Assembly (NCBI RefSeq): GCF_006345805.1
Contig: NC_043007.1
Coordinates: forward strand, 58,094,001-58,158,000
DNA length: 64,000 nt
Reading direction: 5' to 3'
Origin: Octopus sinensis
Lineage: Eukaryota
Positions within the stretch are counted from its first letter, which is position 1. Each line of letters opens with the position of its first letter. Under the pieces are notes generated by a model. The model saw only the letters and a list, made by a program, of their open reading frames with translations. It searched no databases and was not told the DNA's origin. Shown here piece by piece: positions 42,154 through 55,900 of this stretch. Position numbers and translations under genes: made by a program.

Positions 42154-42161
42154 ATTTCTTT

Positions 42162-42230
<69 letters not shown>

Positions 42231-42405
42231 ATCTGCCGTTACGTTCTGAGTTCAAATTCCGCCGAGGTCGACTTTGCTTTTCATCCTTTTGGGGTCGATA
42301 AATTAAGTACCAGTTACGCACTGGGGTCGATGGAATCGACTTAATCGCTTTGTCTGTCCTTGTTTGTCCCCTCTGTGTTTAGCCCCTTGTGGGTAGTAAA
42401 GAAAT
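42231..42405 (+). mobile_element. SINE family M, 5'-truncated, tail type 1, inside (TATC)n
   Basis: Core and tail match 28690-28922; (TATC)n on both sides. Confidence 0.85.
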
Positions 42406-42418
42406 CTATCTATCTATC

Positions 42419-42472
<54 letters not shown>

Positions 42473-42582
42473 AGTTATCTCTCTCTCTCTATCTATCTAT
42501 CTTCTATCTATCTATCTTTCTAGTTATCTCTCTCTCTCTCTCTCTATCTATCTGTCTGTCTATCTGTCTGTCTTTCTTTCTT

Positions 42583-42701
<119 letters not shown>

Positions 42702-42799
42702 GTCTGTCTGTGTGTCTGTCTATTTATCTATCATTCTATCTATCTATTTATCCAGCTATTTATCTATCTATTTATATATCTATCTATTTATCTATCTAT

Positions 42800-44946
42800 G
42801 GGCCCATCATTCTGCTTAATGCAGACTTGAAAATTTTTGCCATGGTGTTAGCCAAGAGGTTGGCGCTTGTCATCGAGAAACTGGTCGACAAGGAGCAAAC
42901 GTGCGCCGTGCCGGGCTGGAGCATTCCTGACAAAATCCATTTGATGCGCTCCATCATAGACAGGGTAGTTAAAGAACCTGACATGGGTGGGGCCCTGATC
43001 AATTTGGATCAATCGAAAGCTTTCGATAACGTAGACCATCGATATTTGGAGGCTGTCTTCAGAGCGGCTGGTTTCGGTCCCGTCTTCCGCGACTGGATAG
43101 CTGCTTTGTACAGAGGCATCCGTTCGGTAATTCGCGTAAATGGACAACTATCGAGACCTTTCGACATTGCATTTTCGGTCCGTCAGGGATGTCCCCTATC
43201 GTCACTTCTATACGTATTGACTCTCGAACCACTACTGCGGAAACTGGCGACTCTGAGGGGCATCGCGAGAATTGGGATGCGGAATGGGCGTGTCTGCATA
43301 CGCGAACGACGTCACCGTCATAGTGTCTAGCCAAACGCACATCGAGCTGGTCAGCGAGACACTGAAAGACTACGAAGCGGTAACAGGAGCGAAAATCAAC
43401 CGGGAAAAATCAGTGGGCTTGTGGCTCGGCACCTGGAGAAGCAAGCCCATGCCCTCTACCAGTGACTCCGTCGTGGGACGCTGAACCGACGGTCCGGTCG
43501 AGTTGCTCGGGGTCTGGTTTGGAGAACTGGAATGAGATAACGAGTAGGGTGGTCACTCTCACCCGGCAATAAGCCGAGAGGAAACTGTCCCTAAAAGTCG
43601 GGCGGAGGTGGCGAACACGTACATCGCGTCCGTCATCTACTACCGCCTGACCGTCGTGCCTTGTCCCGACCCTACCATCACCAAACTAGAACGCATTCTT
43701 TTCCGCTTCTTGTGGAAAGGATGCGTCACGATGGTCAGGCGATCCATTTGCTGTCAACACCCGTTAAAAGGAGGGATGGGCATGCCGTGGTTGATGATGC
43801 GCAGACACGCGCTGGGACTGCGACACCTCCGACTCTACGTAGACGACGGTAAACAGGTGTGGTCACCGTTTGTGAGGCACGCCTTCCCGCAGCTCGTCTC
43901 CATGACCGAACTGCGGTCGTGGATCAAAAAGAGGCCGGGGAAGGGCGAATGGCACCGCGAGTGTCGCGTTGCTCTCAAGCAACTATGCCGTCCCGGGTCG
44001 ACCTTGAGCGACTTCAACACAACCAAAGCATTTTATAGGGGATTAGTGGAGGGGAGGTATGACAACGATCTCGGGGCGAACCTGGGCGTCGACGAGGAAT
44101 ACCTGACCCGCCTGTTCAAGAGGACTTTCGGGCTGGGAGCTATGGACAACTTCCAGCGATCCCTGGCCTGGCAGTGCTACCGAGAAGCGTTACCCGTTCG
44201 GAATAATCTCTACAGACACGGCTCGAGAAACACCGGGCCGACCTGCCCGAGATGCGGCCAGAGTGACGAAACTGTTCTGCACACACTCGGGCAGTGTCCA
44301 ACCATTTCCGACCTCTGGGCTTATGTCGAACGACTGCTGTCACGTATGGGACGAGTCGGTTTATCGTCAATATCGTCACGCCTCCTTCCTTCAAACGGGA
44401 AGGAAGAGCTATTTTCATCATACTTGTAGCTATGGCGAAAGAATGTATCTGGTGGACGAGTCTGAAAGGATTAGAGACAAACACTTTCTCTGGTCAATCT
44501 CTCATCACGTTTTCAAGTATCACTTGGAAAGGAAAGTGAGAGTAGAGAAGGAAGTTTTGTCTAGTGAATGTTTCAAAAAAATGATGGGTGAATGTAGCAA
44601 GGATGGCACGTATGAATGACGAAGCCGCCTTGAGCATAAATCTATGAACCCGGAAAAATTTAAAACAGAGAGTTACTTGCAAATAAATGTGTTAACATGT
44701 GACATTATTGACCGAGGTTAGCGTGGTCTTTTCCGTAGGCTTTTCTTTCAACGGATAAACCTTATCTGTTTCTCCCATTACACCTTACATCATGACATTT
44801 CTGTGATACACGATCCCTATTAATAGTATTTTTTACGAACCCTTTTGATCGAAAACCTACCCCGCCCTTTTTTTCTCCCCAAAAAGAAAAGCTCTACTTT
44901 GTAATTTGTCCCCTCCGTGCTCAGTCCTGTGTGGCTAATAAAGAAA
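42800..44946 (+). mobile_element. L1/Tx1-clade LINE ORF2, 5'-truncated, inside (TATC)n
   Basis: [50 protein letters not shown] (mutated YADD), GGMGMP, CPRCGQSDETVLHTLGQC; 3' UTR ending aataaagaaa; GC-richer than the flanks. Confidence 0.9.
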
Positions 44947-44949
44947 CAT

Positions 44950-44956
44950 ATCTATC

Positions 44957-45032
<76 letters not shown>

Positions 45033-45098
45033 AATCTATCTACCTATTTATTTATCTATCTAACTATCTGTCTGTCTGTATCTGTCTGTCTGTATCTG

Positions 45099-45164
<66 letters not shown>

Positions 45165-45165
45165 A

Positions 45166-45229
<64 letters not shown>

Positions 45230-45420
45230 GTCCGTCTGTCTATCTATCTATCTATCTATCTATTTATCTATCTCTCTATGTATGTATCTATCTATGTATA
45301 TATCTATTTATCTATCTATCTATCTATTTACCTACCTATCTATTTAATTATCTATTTATCTGTCTGTCTGTCTGTCTGTCTATCTGTCTGCCTATCTCTC
45401 TGGCTGTCTGTCTGTCTATC
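44950..45420. repeat. (TATC)n/(TGTC)n array, 3' flank of the Tx1 element
   Basis: Direct inspection; a matching array at 42405-42799 forms the 5' flank. Confidence 0.95.
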
Positions 45421-46194
45421 CATTTCTCAATGTATCTATCTATTTACCTGTTTGTCTATCTTTCTACCAATCCATCTATCTTCTTCGAAACACAGGCATA
45501 CATACGGAATCTTTCTTTTTCTCTATCAATATTTCTGACGAATAGGATGATGATGATGATGATGATGATGAAGGTGGTTGTTGTGGTGTTGATGGTGATG
45601 ATGAAGATAATGATGACATATTTTTGAGAGGGACTGGATGTTGACAATGATAATAATGACGAACACATCGTTATTATCATCATCATATTCATCATAGTAA
45701 TCATCCGTCTCATCATCGTCATCATCATCATCATCATCACTAACAGCTATCATCATTTATTACAAACCAGTACAACCATCATCACCACTACCGGCAACAC
45801 CACCACAACCATCACCGCCACAACCACCACTACAGCCACCACCACTACTCCCACAACCACCACCACATCCACCACCACCACAATCACCTACACTACTACT
45901 ACTACTACTACTACTATAGTTATTACAATGTTACATCATAGCAGCATACCCTGTATTCCCGACTTCCGTGTGACTATCTCCGGGCAATCTTACCCCACTC
46001 CCTCATTCTTGTATTATCAACCTTTGTTACGCTACATGTATTGATAAAAGTACAGGTGCCCTTAAAATAGAAAACCGACAGTCATTCCGCCTTTATTTGA
46101 CAAATATTCGGTTACTTGCAGAAAAATGGACACCTCTCTTATCACTATCTCAACCTATGTCTGTCTCTATAACTGTCAGTCTGTCTGCTGTATG

Positions 46195-46246
<52 letters not shown>

Positions 46247-46266
46247 CGTCTGTGTGTGTGTGTGTG

Positions 46267-46299
<33 letters not shown>

Positions 46300-46603
46300 T
46301 GTATGCATGTATGTATATTTACATACCTTATGACAGCGAAGAGGCTATAACATGGTCTTTTGTATATGGGGTTTCTGCCATCGTATGTGTGAGCGTGTGC
46401 GCGTACACATACACACACACACACACACGCACACGCACATATATATATATGATTAAGTAAATATATATATATATAATTGATATAGGATAAAAAATTTTTC
46501 GGGAAAAAAATTCTTTATCAATGGCCAGCATATCAAAAAAAGCCTTTAAAGGTTAAATTTATACATAATTTACAAGATAAATTACAAGATTTCTTCTATA
46601 TCT

Positions 46604-46671
<68 letters not shown>

Positions 46672-46687
46672 CTATATGCCCACACAC

Positions 46688-46805
<118 letters not shown>

Positions 46806-47146
46806 TATATATATAGTATATATATATATATATATATAATATTATATATATTGATAGTAAATATATAGATTAATATAGCCACGAAACAGGTGTAGTCATT
46901 TTATCCCAATTATATACTTTTTATTTATTATTTTGTACATTACTTAATCATTGGTATATGTTTTCATATTATATTTAATTTTTATCTATATGGTATAATT
47001 GAATTATTTCATTGTTAAATTGATAAAAGGTGGGGGGTGTCTAATTTATATACATATATTTTGTGCAATTTGGTTTAGTATTACTAAATTGAATTTTTCC
47101 CTGTAAGTTTGGAATAATATTCCCTAATATTATTATTATTATTATT

Positions 47147-49279
47147 CAGTAGTTTTATTTTTATAGCGTGCTTTCACTTCACTACCGAGCACAGCTCTGT
47201 GTGCCTTGGGTATGTGCTGTGATTTGTTGTGATGCTCTGATGGTTATTGTATGGAAAGTGTTCTGCGTAGGATGTGTGCAGTGCCTAGTAGTGCAATTTT
47301 CTGTATGTTATATGTGTTTGTAAGTCCTGGTGTTTTTGTTATGTATTTGTCTGAATATTTTTTTATCATGCCTAATGCACCTACTATGATAGGAATTGTT
47401 TCTGTTTTCAGATTCCACATTCTAGTTACCTCTATTCCAGGTCTTTGTATTTTGAGAGTTTCTCCATTTCTTTTAGAGACACGTTGTCATCAGCCGGTAT
47501 TGATACATCAATTAGAAAGCATTTTTTTTTCTTCATGATCTCTGACAACTATATCTGGTCTGTTGGCCTTAATTTCTCTATCTGTGTGTATCGGCATATC
47601 CCAGTATGGATGCTTTCTCGTTTTCTGTGACCTTTTCTGGTGTGTACCTATACCATCTTTTTTCTGTTGTTATTCCATAATGTTGACATAGCTTCCAATG
47701 TATGTAGGTTCCAACTCTGTCATGTCTGTGAATAATTCCTTCTTAGCCAAGACTGGGCAGCTAGAGATAATATGATTTATTGTTTCTTGTCCATCTCCAC
47801 ATATTCTGCAGTTACTTGTAATATTTCTTTTCATTACATGTTTTTGGTAATTTCTGGTGGGGAGGCTTTGGTCTTGTGCTGCAATTAAAAATCCCTCTGT
47901 TTCTGCTTTGAGTCCTGAGCTTCTCAACCATTGCTGGGATTTTTCTTTGTCTATTTCTTTTGCGTTTAGTTTAGTCCAGTATTTACCATGAAGGGGCTTT
48001 TCTTGCCATCGTTTTATCATGGTTCGTTGCTGTTCTATTTTTAGTTTGGATTTCATTTGTTTTATAGCTTTTATTGTTTCTTGATCTTCTTCTCTTCTTC
48101 ATGTTTATTAGGTGGTATGATTTCTTGTTTGTATTTGTCAGCTTCCTTAAATACTGAGAACAGTTTTTTGTTTTGCTTGTTTTGCTGCTATCTGGATCAG
48201 TTTTCCTTCCTTCTGAAGTAGATATTTTTGCAGTCCTATGGTGGTTATTTTATAGTAGTTTTCCAGCTGTATAAGGCCTCTACCACCTTCTATACGTTGT
48301 ATATATAGTCTTTCTATGTCAGATTTTGGGTGATGCATCCTAGATCCTGTCATTATTTTTCTTGTTTTCCTATCTATTTTGGTCAGTTCATTTCGTCCAG
48401 TTAAGGATATTGTAGCTGTAACTTATAACTGGGACAGCTAAAGTGTTGATACCTATTATCTTGTTTTTAGCATTGAGCTCTGTGTTTAGTATTGATCTAA
48501 CTCGTCTATAATATTCTTTTTTTATTTTCTCTTTCATTTGTGTGTGTTGTGTCTTATCTAGTTCATGGATTCCTAAGTATTTGTAAGTTTGGCTTTGGTC
48601 TAATTCTTTTATTTCATTGTTTTATCTAGTGTGATGTTGTTACTCTTAACTAGTTTTCCTCTTTTCATGGTTACTTTGGCGCATTTTTCTAATCCAAATT
48701 TCATATCTATTTCTTTGGTAAATCCATGAACTGTCTTTAATAGTGTTTCCAGCTGTTTGTCATTTGCAGCGTATAGTTTTAGGTCATCCATATATAAAAG
48801 GTGGCTGATCGTTTTGCCGTAACATTTATATCCGCATCCAGTTCTATTTAGCATATCAGATAGAGGTGACAGTGCCAAGCAGAAAAGAGTGGAGAGAGCG
48901 TGTCTCCCTGGAATATTCCTTCTAATGGGGATGTCTTTGGTTTTCATGAGTCCCTCTTTTGTTTGGAGGTGTAGGACTGTTTGCCATTTATTCATAGAGT
49001 GCTCTATGAATTTTATGATTGTTGGTGCTACTTTGTTGATGGCTAGTGTTTCGAGGATCCATGTGTGGGGGATACTATCAAACGCCTTATTGTAGTCAAT
49101 CCAGGCCATACTGAGGCCTTTCTTCTTTCTGTGGCTGTCTTCAGTTATGGCTTTATTAATCATTAGTTGATCTTTACAGTCATATGAGCCTTTGCGGCAT
49201 CCTTTCTGCTCTTCTGGGAACAGTTTGTTTTCGTCCAGGTGCTTGTTCAGCCTTGTGATATCACTGCAGTAAATGCCTT
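47147..49279 (-). mobile_element. R4/Dong-type non-LTR retrotransposon, family A, copy A1 (5'-truncated, frameshifted)
   Basis: Minus-strand ORF pieces: RT (WIDYNKAFDSIPH, SHLLYMDDLKLY), MHHPKSDIERLY..GGRGLIQ, CCHC finger CRICGDGQETINHIISSC, and RLE region (PD..D motif shared with copy A2). 3' UTR ends ...aaataaaactactg followed by (TAA)n; (TAA)n also on the 5' side. Confidence 0.9.
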
Positions 49280-49318
49280 ACTGCAGTGATATCACAAAGG
49301 CTGAACAAGCACCTGGAC
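49233..49318. repeat. Fold-back palindrome at the 5' junction of R4 copy A1
   Basis: 49233-49272 versus 49278-49318, loop atgcc, one 1-nt indel. Confidence 0.95.
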
Positions 49319-49340
49319 AAATTATTATTATTATTATTAT

Positions 49341-49414
<74 letters not shown>

Positions 49415-50441
49415 CATATATATATATATTACCCACACACACATATAATTCAGTCGTGACGCCTTCCTCCTCCTGCAACATGGACTGGCACAATCAGTAG
49501 ACAGTCAGAGAAAATAACCTTTAGTATATACTGGTTTCCCTATACGTTCTCAGATGAAACACACCTCAGTCAACTGTAACAAACTTCTGACTTCCGAAGT
49601 CGCCGTTATATGTACGAGTTTATAAAATCGTAATTAGCGTATTCGGTCTACACCCTTGGGAGGATTCCGGTTCAATAAATAAGATCCCTCCCTCCTTCTC
49701 TACTTGTCTATTTACTTCTCTCTTCCATAGAAGCAAGAATTGTGCCAGCATGTTTAGTACAGAGTATTTCTAATTCAAAGGACTACCCTTGTGACACCCA
49801 TGACATGCTTATTCTACATGGCGACGATTTTACAGTTATAACTCTCTGCGGAATATTCAGCCACTTATATTAAATATTTCAACTATTCAATTGATTAAAC
49901 AACTGAAATAATCATCGTCGTAATTGACAGAGATTCATTTCCAATTTTTATGTAAACACACAGATATATATTTCTGCAGACACAACACGACATGTGTGTG
50001 TGTGTGTGTGTGTGGTGTGTGTGTGTGGTGTGTGTGTGTGTGTGTGTGTTTGTGTGCATGTGTGTGTGTGTGTGCATGTGTGTGTGTGAGTGTGTCTGTG
50101 TGAGTGTGTCTGTGTTCGTGTGTGCGTGTGGTTGCTTGTATATATGTTTGTATATGCATGTATACACACGCGCATACGCACACGCACACACAAAATAAAA
50201 TCACGTGTGTGTTTGTGTGTATAACACCGTGTACAGGTACATACATACACACATACATACATGCATACAAACTGACAAACAGACGGACAGACGTATATGC
50301 CAAAACCTATTTCCATGTTTACAAATATATTTCTTTCCGTCAAACAAGGAAATTATAGAAATCGTATTTTTTCAAAATCTTCAATTATATACTTACACCT
50401 ACATCACATACCTACTACCTACATACATGAATATATATACG

Positions 50442-50491
<50 letters not shown>

Positions 50492-50958
50492 ATACATATA
50501 TATATGTATATTATACTATGTGTATATGTATGTATGTGTAGGTGTGTGTGAACACTCATTACATTCATTTTATTTTTATTTCCATATTTCTCCTTGTAAA
50601 CACACAAAAATAAATCGTATGAAATAAAATACCATGAAACTCTAAGCCAGTATTCCGTTGTGTTTACATCTTCCTAACATCGCAAAATGACAATTATCTC
50701 TGTAATTTTCTCTCTACATATGTCTATAGTGTTTTTTTTTCTTTTTACCATCTCCTTCGCTAATCTCACTATATACGAAAAAGCATAAATAGTTTTCTAT
50801 AGATGCTCTCCTCCAAACACTCCTATACTTTTTCGTGGTTTGTTTTTATCGAATTATTTGATACTTTTTAATCTTTTTTTCTTTTGTTCGTTTTTCAACT
50901 AAAAACATTTCTCTCTCTCACTCCATGTCTTTTTCTCATCCTTTCCTTCATAAATTTA

Positions 50959-51029
<71 letters not shown>

Positions 51030-51482
51030 ATTTCCGTCTACCATTCTTTCATTCTATAATTTCCATTCAATAATTTCTTTCCAATTTCCTTTTTTTTTCT
51101 TCCTATTCCGAATTTTTTACAATCTATAACTGTCATTCTATCTTATCAGTATACAAATAGACAGTTTTAGTATACACATACATGTGTGTGTGTGTCTGTC
51201 TGTATGTATGTGTGCGTACGCGCTCGCGCGTGTGTGTGTCCTTGTATGCACGTATAAATATTTTTACGTACGCACACGAATAACTTATATGCATGTCTAT
51301 ATGTAAGTGTGTGTGTGCATTATACATTGCATATAATATATACAAATAACTACATGTAAAATAAATTATGAAACTAACGGGAAGTTTAATAATTTAACAA
51401 TATAAAATCCGACGATAATGATTTTATCAGTTTTCGTGACCCGTTGTGGTGCACCTGAGAACTGTATACAATAATTTCATTA

Positions 51483-51516
<34 letters not shown>

Positions 51517-52088
51517 CAACAAAATGTGGCATGAACACTTCATTCAGAAGATGGAACCAAGAAGGTTTTGAAATGTTAATGAACGTTTTTGATCCCAAAT
51601 AATTATGAAGACAATTGGAGCATTATGCTAAGGGTGATAGCAACAACGGAATACTCAGTCACTTTTAATACATTCAGCAGATGGTTCAGTTGATTAAACT
51701 CCCAGGAACAACCATCGTTGAAATCATCGTAACACCCTTCACTTCAACTAATAATAATGGTCGGCACGTATGTATATCTGTATTAAATTCATGCATCATT
51801 TGAAGTGAATAGAAGGTCATGTATAGAATATGGACAGTCAGGTGTATGTTGGAAGCATGTGTAGCTGAAAATGTGATATTATAGATGATGGTTTGGTAGA
51901 ATTTACTACATCAGAGAACTGAGGTATTTACAATGAGGTTATTACGGTCTGAATTAAATTTAACAAAGTATTTTTACCAGTTATCCTTCTGGAGTCGTTA
52001 AATAAAGTCCATTACTCGGAAATATTTGATATTATTTTAAAGCATCCTTCATGTGAACGAACATGTAAAAGATGAAGATTATAATTTG

Positions 52089-52310
52089 ATAAGGCACATG
52101 CATCACAACCATATGTGCACGAAATGGTGATCTCATACAAAGATAAACAGTGCATGACCTTGCAGGAGGGGGCCCAGTTAGGATTTTCTTCGGGTTGAGT
52201 AGCCCATTCCGCTCAAAATATCCCTGAATAAGGGTTGTTTAAGGATTTTGAACGAAACACCCATGTTTTCAGATGTGATTTATCCAAACCCCAAAGAATT
52301 CCTCTCTCTA
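52089..52310 (-). mobile_element. rep C, internal fragment fused to the R4-type fragment
   Basis: aggcacatgcatcacaaccatatgtg...ccaaagaattcctctc matches the rep C interior. Confidence 0.75.
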
Positions 52311-52945
52311 GACCCCACTTTCGCACGATTACATCTAGTTCCAGAAACAGTCTCTTCTCAGTTGCTTCAAACAATCTGTTTTGCCTGGATTGTTTTGTTC
52401 TATTGTCATATCTTTCCACTTTTGCTTTGATTGTTACTACTCTTTGTTTCAATTCTTCCAATATCACACCATACCCTTTATCTCTTATTTCCAGCATTAT
52501 TCTTATGCTTTCGTTCAGCAATTCCCCTCTGCTCAATCTATCAACTTGCCTTACATGTCATTTTAACTTTGTTTCTCACAAATTCGTCTCCGCCAGTATG
52601 GTTCTTTACGTTCTGTTTGTGTTTTTCTTTTCTATCCAACTCTGTCTGCAGCAACCATAGCTGCAGCCCAAATAACCTAGTTAGTTTCATTTATATTTCT
52701 CGTCTGGAATAGCCCAAGGACCGAATCTATCTTTTCGGTTTCAACTTTGAGCTTGCGTCGATCAATGTACTTTAGATTGGGTGGGTGCTTGATCCTGGTC
52801 TTCTCTAATATACGGTACAATATGTTTTGTCGGTCATCATCATATTCTTGTGATATAGCTCTTCTCATTACTTCTGCTTCGTTTGCTGAGAATGAATTTA
52901 CATTTGCAATTTGTTCTATGTCTTCATTGCCGTCACTCATTTCTC
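52310..52945 (-). mobile_element. N-terminal ORF fragment of a second R4/Dong-type family
   Basis: ORFs 52677-52940 and 52213-52536: ..EPYWRRRI.., EELKQRVVTIKAKVERYDNRTKQSRQNRLF, resembling the pre-RT region of R4-clade ORFs; not DNA-similar to family A. Confidence 0.65.
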
Positions 52946-55900
52946 TGTATGTTATATGTGTTTGTAAGTCCTGGTGTTTTTGTTATGTATTTGTCTGAAT
53001 ATTTTTTATCATGCCTAATGCACCTACTATGATAGGAATTGTTTCTGTTTTCAGATTCCACATTCTAGTTACCTCTATTTCCAGGTCTTTGTATTTTGAG
53101 AGTTTCTCCATTTCTTTTAGAGACACGTTGTCATCTGCCGGTATTGATACATCAATTAGAAAGCATTTTTTTTCTTCATGATCTCTGACAACTATATCTG
53201 GTCTGTTGGCCTTAATTTCTCTATCTGTGTGTATCGGCATATCCCAGAGTATGGTTGCTTTCTCGTTTTCTGTGACCTTTTCTGGTGTGTGCCTATACCA
53301 TCTTTTTTCTGTTGTTATTCCATAATGTTGGCATAGCTTCCAATGTATGTAGGTCCAACTCTGTCATGTCTGTGAATATATTCCTTCTTAGCCAGGACTG
53401 GGCAGCTAGAGATAATATGATTTATTGTTTCTGTCCATCTCCACATATTCTGCAGTTACTTGTAATATTTCTTTTCATTAAATATTTTTGGTAATTTCTG
53501 GTGGGGAGGCTTTGGTCTTGTGCTGCAATTAAAATCCCTCTGTTCTGCTTTGAGTCCTGAGCTTCTCAACCATTGCTGGGATTTTTCTTTGTCTATTTCT
53601 TTTGCGTTTAGTTTAGTGGCAGTATTTACCATGAAGGGGCTTCTTGCCATCGTTTTATCATGGCTCGTTGCTGTTCTATTTTTAGTTTGGATTTCATTTG
53701 TTTTATAGCTTTTGTTGTTTCTTCATCATCTTCTTCTTCTTCTTTGTGTTTATTAGGTGGTATGATTTCTTGTTTGTATTTGTCAGCTTCCTTAAATACT
53801 GAGAACAGTTTTTTGTTTTTGCTCGTGTTTTGCTGCTATCTGGATCAGTTTTCCTTCCATCTGAAGTAGGTATTTTTGCAGTCCTATGGTGGTTATTTTA
53901 TAGTTTTTTCCAGCTGTATAAGGCCTCTACCACCTTCTATACGTTGTATATATAGTCTTTCTATGTCAGATTTGGGTGATGCATCCTAGATCCTGTCAGT
54001 ATTTTTCTTGTTTCCTATCTATTTTGGACAGTTCATTTCGTGTCCAGTTAAGGATATTGTCGCTGTAACTTATTACTGGGACAGCTAAAGTGTTGATACC
54101 TATTATCTTGTTTTTAGCATTGAGCTCTGTTTTTAGTATTGATCTAACTCGTCTATAATATCTTTTTTTATTTTCTCTTTCATTTTGTGTGTTTGTGTCT
54201 TATCTAGTTCATGGATTCCTAAGTATTTGTAAGTTTGGCTTTGGTCTAATTCTTTTATTTCATTGGTTTTATCTAGTGTGATGTTGTTACTCTTAACTAG
54301 TTTTCCTCTTTCATGGTTACTTTGGCGCATTTTTTTAATCCAAATTTCATATCTATTTCTTTGGTAAATCCATGAACTGTCTTTAATAGTGTTTCCAGCT
54401 GTTTGTCATTTGCAGCGTATAGTTTTAGGTCATCCATATATAAAAGGTGGCTGATCGTTTTGCCGTAACATTTATATCCGCATCCAGTTCTATTTAGCAT
54501 ATCAGATAGAGGTGACAGTGCCAAGCAGAAAAGGAGTGGAGAGAGCGTGTCTCCCTGGAATATTCCTCTTCTAATGGGGATGTCTTTGGTTTTCATGAGT
54601 CCCTCTTTTGTTTGGAGGTGTAGGACTGTTTGCCATTTATTCATAGAGTGCTCTATGAATTTTATGATTGTTGGTGCTACTTTGTTAATGGCTGTGTTTC
54701 GAGGATCCATGTGTGGGGGATGCTATCAAACGCCTTTTTTGTAGTCAATCCAGGCCATACTGAGGCCTTTCTTCTTTCTGTGGCTGTCTTCAGTTACGGC
54801 TTTATTAATCATTAGTTGATCTTACAAGCCATATGAGCCCTTGCGGCATCCTTTCTGCCTTTCTGGGAACAGTTTGTTTTCGTCCAGGTGCTTGTTCAGC
54901 CTTTGTGATATCACTGCAGTAAATGCCTTGAACATAGTAGGGAGGCAGGTTATTGGTCTGTAGTTTTCTGGTTTTGTTGTTTCATTTGATTTGGGTATTA
55001 AGATGGTTTTCCCCTTCGTGAGCCATTCAGGCATTGTCTCTGGCTCTGCTAGTATGCTGTTAAAGTTTTCAGCCAGCTTTTTGTGCATTCCTGTTAGATA
55101 TTTCAACCAGAAGTTGGGGATCTTGTCATGCCCAGGTGCCTTCCAGTTGCTTCCAGTGCCTGGGTGACCTCTTCAGTTTTTATGGGGGTCCAAAGTTGTT
55201 CAGATGCCGAGTTTGTTATTTTCATACTCCTTTTTTTTGGCTGTTCGTTCGCCGACCATATTTCTTTCCAGAATTCTTCCAATTCTTCTGCCGTTGGTGC
55301 TGCAGTGACTTCTATTTTATTTTTGCCCAGTTCTTGGTAGAACTTTTTGGCTCCCCTTCGTTGTTTACATCGTGTTTGTTGGGAATGTTGCGTTTGTCTT
55401 CGTGTTTTACAGTTTGTGTGGCTTCTATCTACATTTTCCTGGTGTATTTTTTCTTTTAAATGTTCTATTTCTATTTCTGATATTTTTTTGGCTTTGAGAA
55501 TGTATCTTCGTACGTTAGCTAATTTATTAGGGTTCATTGCTGTATCCAAGTCTATATCTCTATTATTTTCCTTCCATATTTTATATGTATGTGTTGTTGT
55601 ATTTTCATTTTTGGGTAGAGCATTGCTGTGAAGTTGCGTGTAAGATAGAAATGTATTCCTCACGTGTCCATTTACGTCTTTTGGGTTTTAATTGCGGGAC
55701 ATGAGGTACAACGTCCGGCCCATTATTTTGACGGTCGTCATTTTCGTAGGGTACCGGTCCGTTTATTTTCTGTTGTCACATTATTTCGCACGTGTAGTTT
55801 TCGTACATTTTTTTTGTTGTAGGTTTAATGTACGTACCGCTCGATTGTTATTCTTGGGTTGAATAGTATCGGTGGCATTTAATTTCTTCGTAGTTCCTTT

